Source: a virus
IMG/VR virus record: IMGVR_UViG_3300013094_004547
Span: 10,781-74,780 of that record
Length of the DNA stretch: 64,000 bases
Strand: one strand, 5' to 3'
Shown here one piece after another: positions 61,909 through 64,000 of the stretch (its first letter is position 1; every line of letters starts with the position of its first letter). The notes under the pieces were generated by a model. That model saw nothing but the letters and a program-made list of their open reading frames with translations, did not search any database and was not told where the DNA came from. A program made the position numbers and the translations under genes.

Positions 61909-63053
61909 CGGCGCTTCTGCAGAGCGTCGCCGCGGCGATAGGCTCGCTCAGTCTCATCGCCGACGAGGTGCGCGAGCGCGGCCTCTGCCAACTCGCTTGA
62001 GAAGTCGGTTTCCTCGGTCACCCAGTCCCGGAACGAGGACCGGAATCCATGCACAGTGTAGCCGTTCGAGTCGGCGCCGCGCAGGAACATCGCCAGGGTC
62101 ATATCCGACAGCGGCGTGCCGACCCGCGACGGGAACACCAGATCGCCCGGCTTCGCGCCGTCAGGCCGCACCGAAGACAGGATCGCGAGCGCTGGCACGG
62201 TGAGCGGTACCCGGTGCTGCCGGCCGCCCTTCATGCGCTCGGCCGGGACCGTCCAGAGCGCACCCGCCATGTCGATCTCGCCCCAGATCAGCCCGCGCGT
62301 CTCTCCGGATCGCGCCGCCGTCAGGATCGTGAAGCGCAGCGCCAGCGAAGAGAAGCTCGTGCGCCCTGCCGCGATCGCCGCGTAGAACGCCGGCACCCCG
62401 AGATAGGGCATCGCCTTGTGATGGCCCCGGGTCAGTTTGCGGGACTGCGGTAGGAGCACGTCGAGGTGGCCGCGCCAGCGCGCAGGGTTCTCGCCCGTCC
62501 GGTGGCCGCCGACCCGGGCCGCGTCCAGCACGCGCTCGATGCGGCCGCGAATCCGCCGCGCCGTCTCGGCCTTCTCGTGCCACATCGGCCGGAGCACCGC
62601 GAGGACGTCATCGGTTCCGATCCCTGCCACCGGCAAGCTCCAGAGGCTCGCGGCCTGGACCTCGAGCGTCTGCCGCCACTGCGCGCGGTGGGACTCGTTC
62701 CGCCACGTCTTCTCACGGTCGGCCATGTAGGTCAGGGCAACGTCGGCGAATGTGACGGGCGCCGGCGGGGCAGGGGGCGCCGCTGCTGCGGCCTTCGCCT
62801 CGATCGGGTCGATGCCATCGGCGATCTGCGCACGGGCCGCCGCGGCCAACTCGCGGGCCCGGGCCAGGGAAACAGCACCGAGCGAGCCGAGGCCCATCTC
62901 GCGTCGCCGGCCCGGCATCCGGTACAGCATAACCCAGCGCTTCGACCCGCTGGGCTCGATGGAGAGGTAGAGGCCGCCGCCGTCGGCGTGCCGGCCCGGC
63001 TCCGTCAACGTCTGGACCTTACGCGCCGAGAGCCGATTAATCTCGCGCGCCAT
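61830..63053 (-). CDS. int: P4-type tyrosine integrase with N-terminal arm-binding domain
   Basis: DGGGLYL, MGLG, TAARSGE, RMK..HRVPL, HGFRSSF, LAH, AY.R. Confidence 0.96.
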   Translation of the reverse strand: MAREINRLSARKVQTLTEPGRHADGGGLYLSIEPSGSKRWVMLYRMPGRRREMGLGSLGAVSLARARELAAAARAQIADGIDPIEAKAAAAAPPAPPAPVTFADVALTYMADREKTWRNESHRAQWRQTLEVQAASLWSLPVAGIGTDDVLAVLRPMWHEKAETARRIRGRIERVLDAARVGGHRTGENPARWRGHLDVLLPQSRKLTRGHHKAMPYLGVPAFYAAIAAGRTSFSSLALRFTILTAARSGETRGLIWGEIDMAGALWTVPAERMKGGRQHRVPLTVPALAILSSVRPDGAKPGDLVFPSRVGTPLSDMTLAMFLRGADSNGYTVHGFRSSFRDWVTEETDFSSELAEAALAHLVGDETERAYRRGDALQKRRHLMDAWAAFVAADKAAPSSTRASSE

Positions 63054-63057
63054 CCCG

Positions 63058-63092
63058 CCCCACCATTTACCCCACCAGCTACCCCACCATTT
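63058..63092. repeat. Three 12-bp-period CCCCACCA repeats (likely integrase arm-type sites)
   Basis: Copies start at 63058, 63070 and 63082, between int and the att core. Confidence 0.65.
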
Positions 63093-63207
63093 GCCGGCGA
63101 TTGCAGCGGATGGCGGCGGACACCGATGGAATGTGTGGCGGCCAACGGCCTATGATCGCAAGGGAAAAACGACAGCCACGGACGCCGGCGGATCGAACTT
63201 CGACAGA

Positions 63208-63221
63208 CACCCCTTCCGCCA
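63208..63221 (+). other. Putative attR core: tRNA-Ser-like 3' end CACCCCTTCCGCCA
   Basis: Looks like the T-stem/acceptor/CCA end of a tRNA-Ser with no upstream tRNA body; about 150 bp from int. Confidence 0.7.
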
Positions 63222-63462
63222 GCATTCTGCTTAGCTTCGAGCGCCACGATGGGCGCTGCGATCAGGGCTCGCGGCCCGGCAATCCATGCTCGTCAGTCGA
63301 AGCGGCGCGAACGCGTTACGTTCGTGAGCATGCCCTCAGCGGACGGATAGCGCCGTATCAGAGGCCTCGCTCCGGAAATGCCTGGCCGTTCGAGGCCGAA
63401 CGTGACATTTTTGCTGTCTGCAAACGCGTAGGCGAATCGATCAGAGGCAATAGAGCGGCGCC

Positions 63463-63777
63463 TCAAGCGCTGTGTCGACGCTGGCGGACCTTCGGCGCGG
63501 GCGATGTTTTTTCCCTGTGGCGAACCGCATTTCGAAGGGCCGCAACCATGAGTTCGGTCTGCGATTCCAGTACACGCTGGCTGCGATCGTGCCGAGTTGT
63601 TCGCCAAGCCATCAGAAACCCGATGAAGGCCGCCGATAGGCTCGCCACGAAGGGGGCGGTGAACACAGCAACCAGAGTTCCGTACGGCATCAAGATGATC
63701 ACGCTGGCGATCCCTGTGCCGATTGCGACCGCTAACAGAACGATCATCGGAACGTCACTCCTAAAGTCGATGACCAC
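63463..63777 (-). CDS. Two-TM hypothetical protein outside the prophage
   Basis: L.PYG..VA..APF.AS..A..G.L.A; beyond att. Confidence 0.65.
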   Translation of the reverse strand: MVIDFRSDVPMIVLLAVAIGTGIASVIILMPYGTLVAVFTAPFVASLSAAFIGFLMAWRTTRHDRSQRVLESQTELMVAALRNAVRHREKTSPAPKVRQRRHSA

Positions 63778-64000
63778 CTGAGCGGGGTCACCGTATCTTC
63801 CTACAGGATTTTTGGTTAATCCGATTGCAATGCGGATGCTTTCGGCTGGGGTAAGCGCCAGATCTCCCTCCGATCAGTTGTCGTCCGGATACTGACCCGT
63901 CATTCCATAACGTGGGCTGAGTTTCGCATGCGAGCCACGTTGGGAACGATACTTGGTCACGTCGGAACGTACCACATACCATCGCAGCGGTCCGATGCTC

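Larger units (their letters stand above)
1..63221. mobile_element. Integrated temperate prophage (lambda-like head, Mu-like contractile tail, P4-type integrase); left end outside the window
   Basis: Ordered integration, immunity, replication, packaging, head and tail modules, ending at a tRNA-3'-end-like att core. Confidence 0.95.

Noticed and set aside
63738-63753. Other GAAC/GTTC pairs (also near 35995 and 40704) as LexA boxes
   Set aside because: Spacers are 8-9 nt and the sites lie within coding sequence.

Overview
GC-rich alphaproteobacterial DNA, most like Methylobacterium (inferred from GC content, alpha-type LexA boxes and gene content). Nearly the whole window (1 to about 63221) is one integrated temperate prophage whose left end lies outside the window. 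From right to left: a likely attR carrying a tRNA-Ser-like 3' end (63208-63221); a P4-type tyrosine integrase and excisionase; a pL early operon on + (HNH protein, GcrA-like and CtrA-like fragments, DUF1643, HAD phosphatase, plus AT-rich inserts including two PilZ-like genes); a LexA-boxed mini-operon; a cI/cro switch with five CCCT-N3-AGGG-type operators; and a pR operon on - (about 550 nt of structured RNA, a TAXI solute-binding protein, a frameshifted MT-A70 methylase, a replication initiator with iterons, an ARC/Mpa-like AAA+ ATPase). Further left are a second LexA-boxed unit with putative late regulators, a SAM methyltransferase insert, a serine recombinase, cos, lambda-like packaging and head genes with a GIY-YIG/NUMOD3 homing endonuclease, a Mu-like contractile tail, several receptor-binding or fibre proteins and an RlpA-like enzyme. 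The most unusual elements are: (1) an RNA cassette with an MmgR/suhB-like sRNA and a tRNA-Trp mimic whose fold is mutually exclusive with a hairpin hiding the next gene's Shine-Dalgarno; (2) phage copies of pieces of the host cell-cycle and c-di-GMP circuit; (3) a proteasome-type ATPase where a helicase loader is expected. All family assignments are by motif recognition, without database searches.
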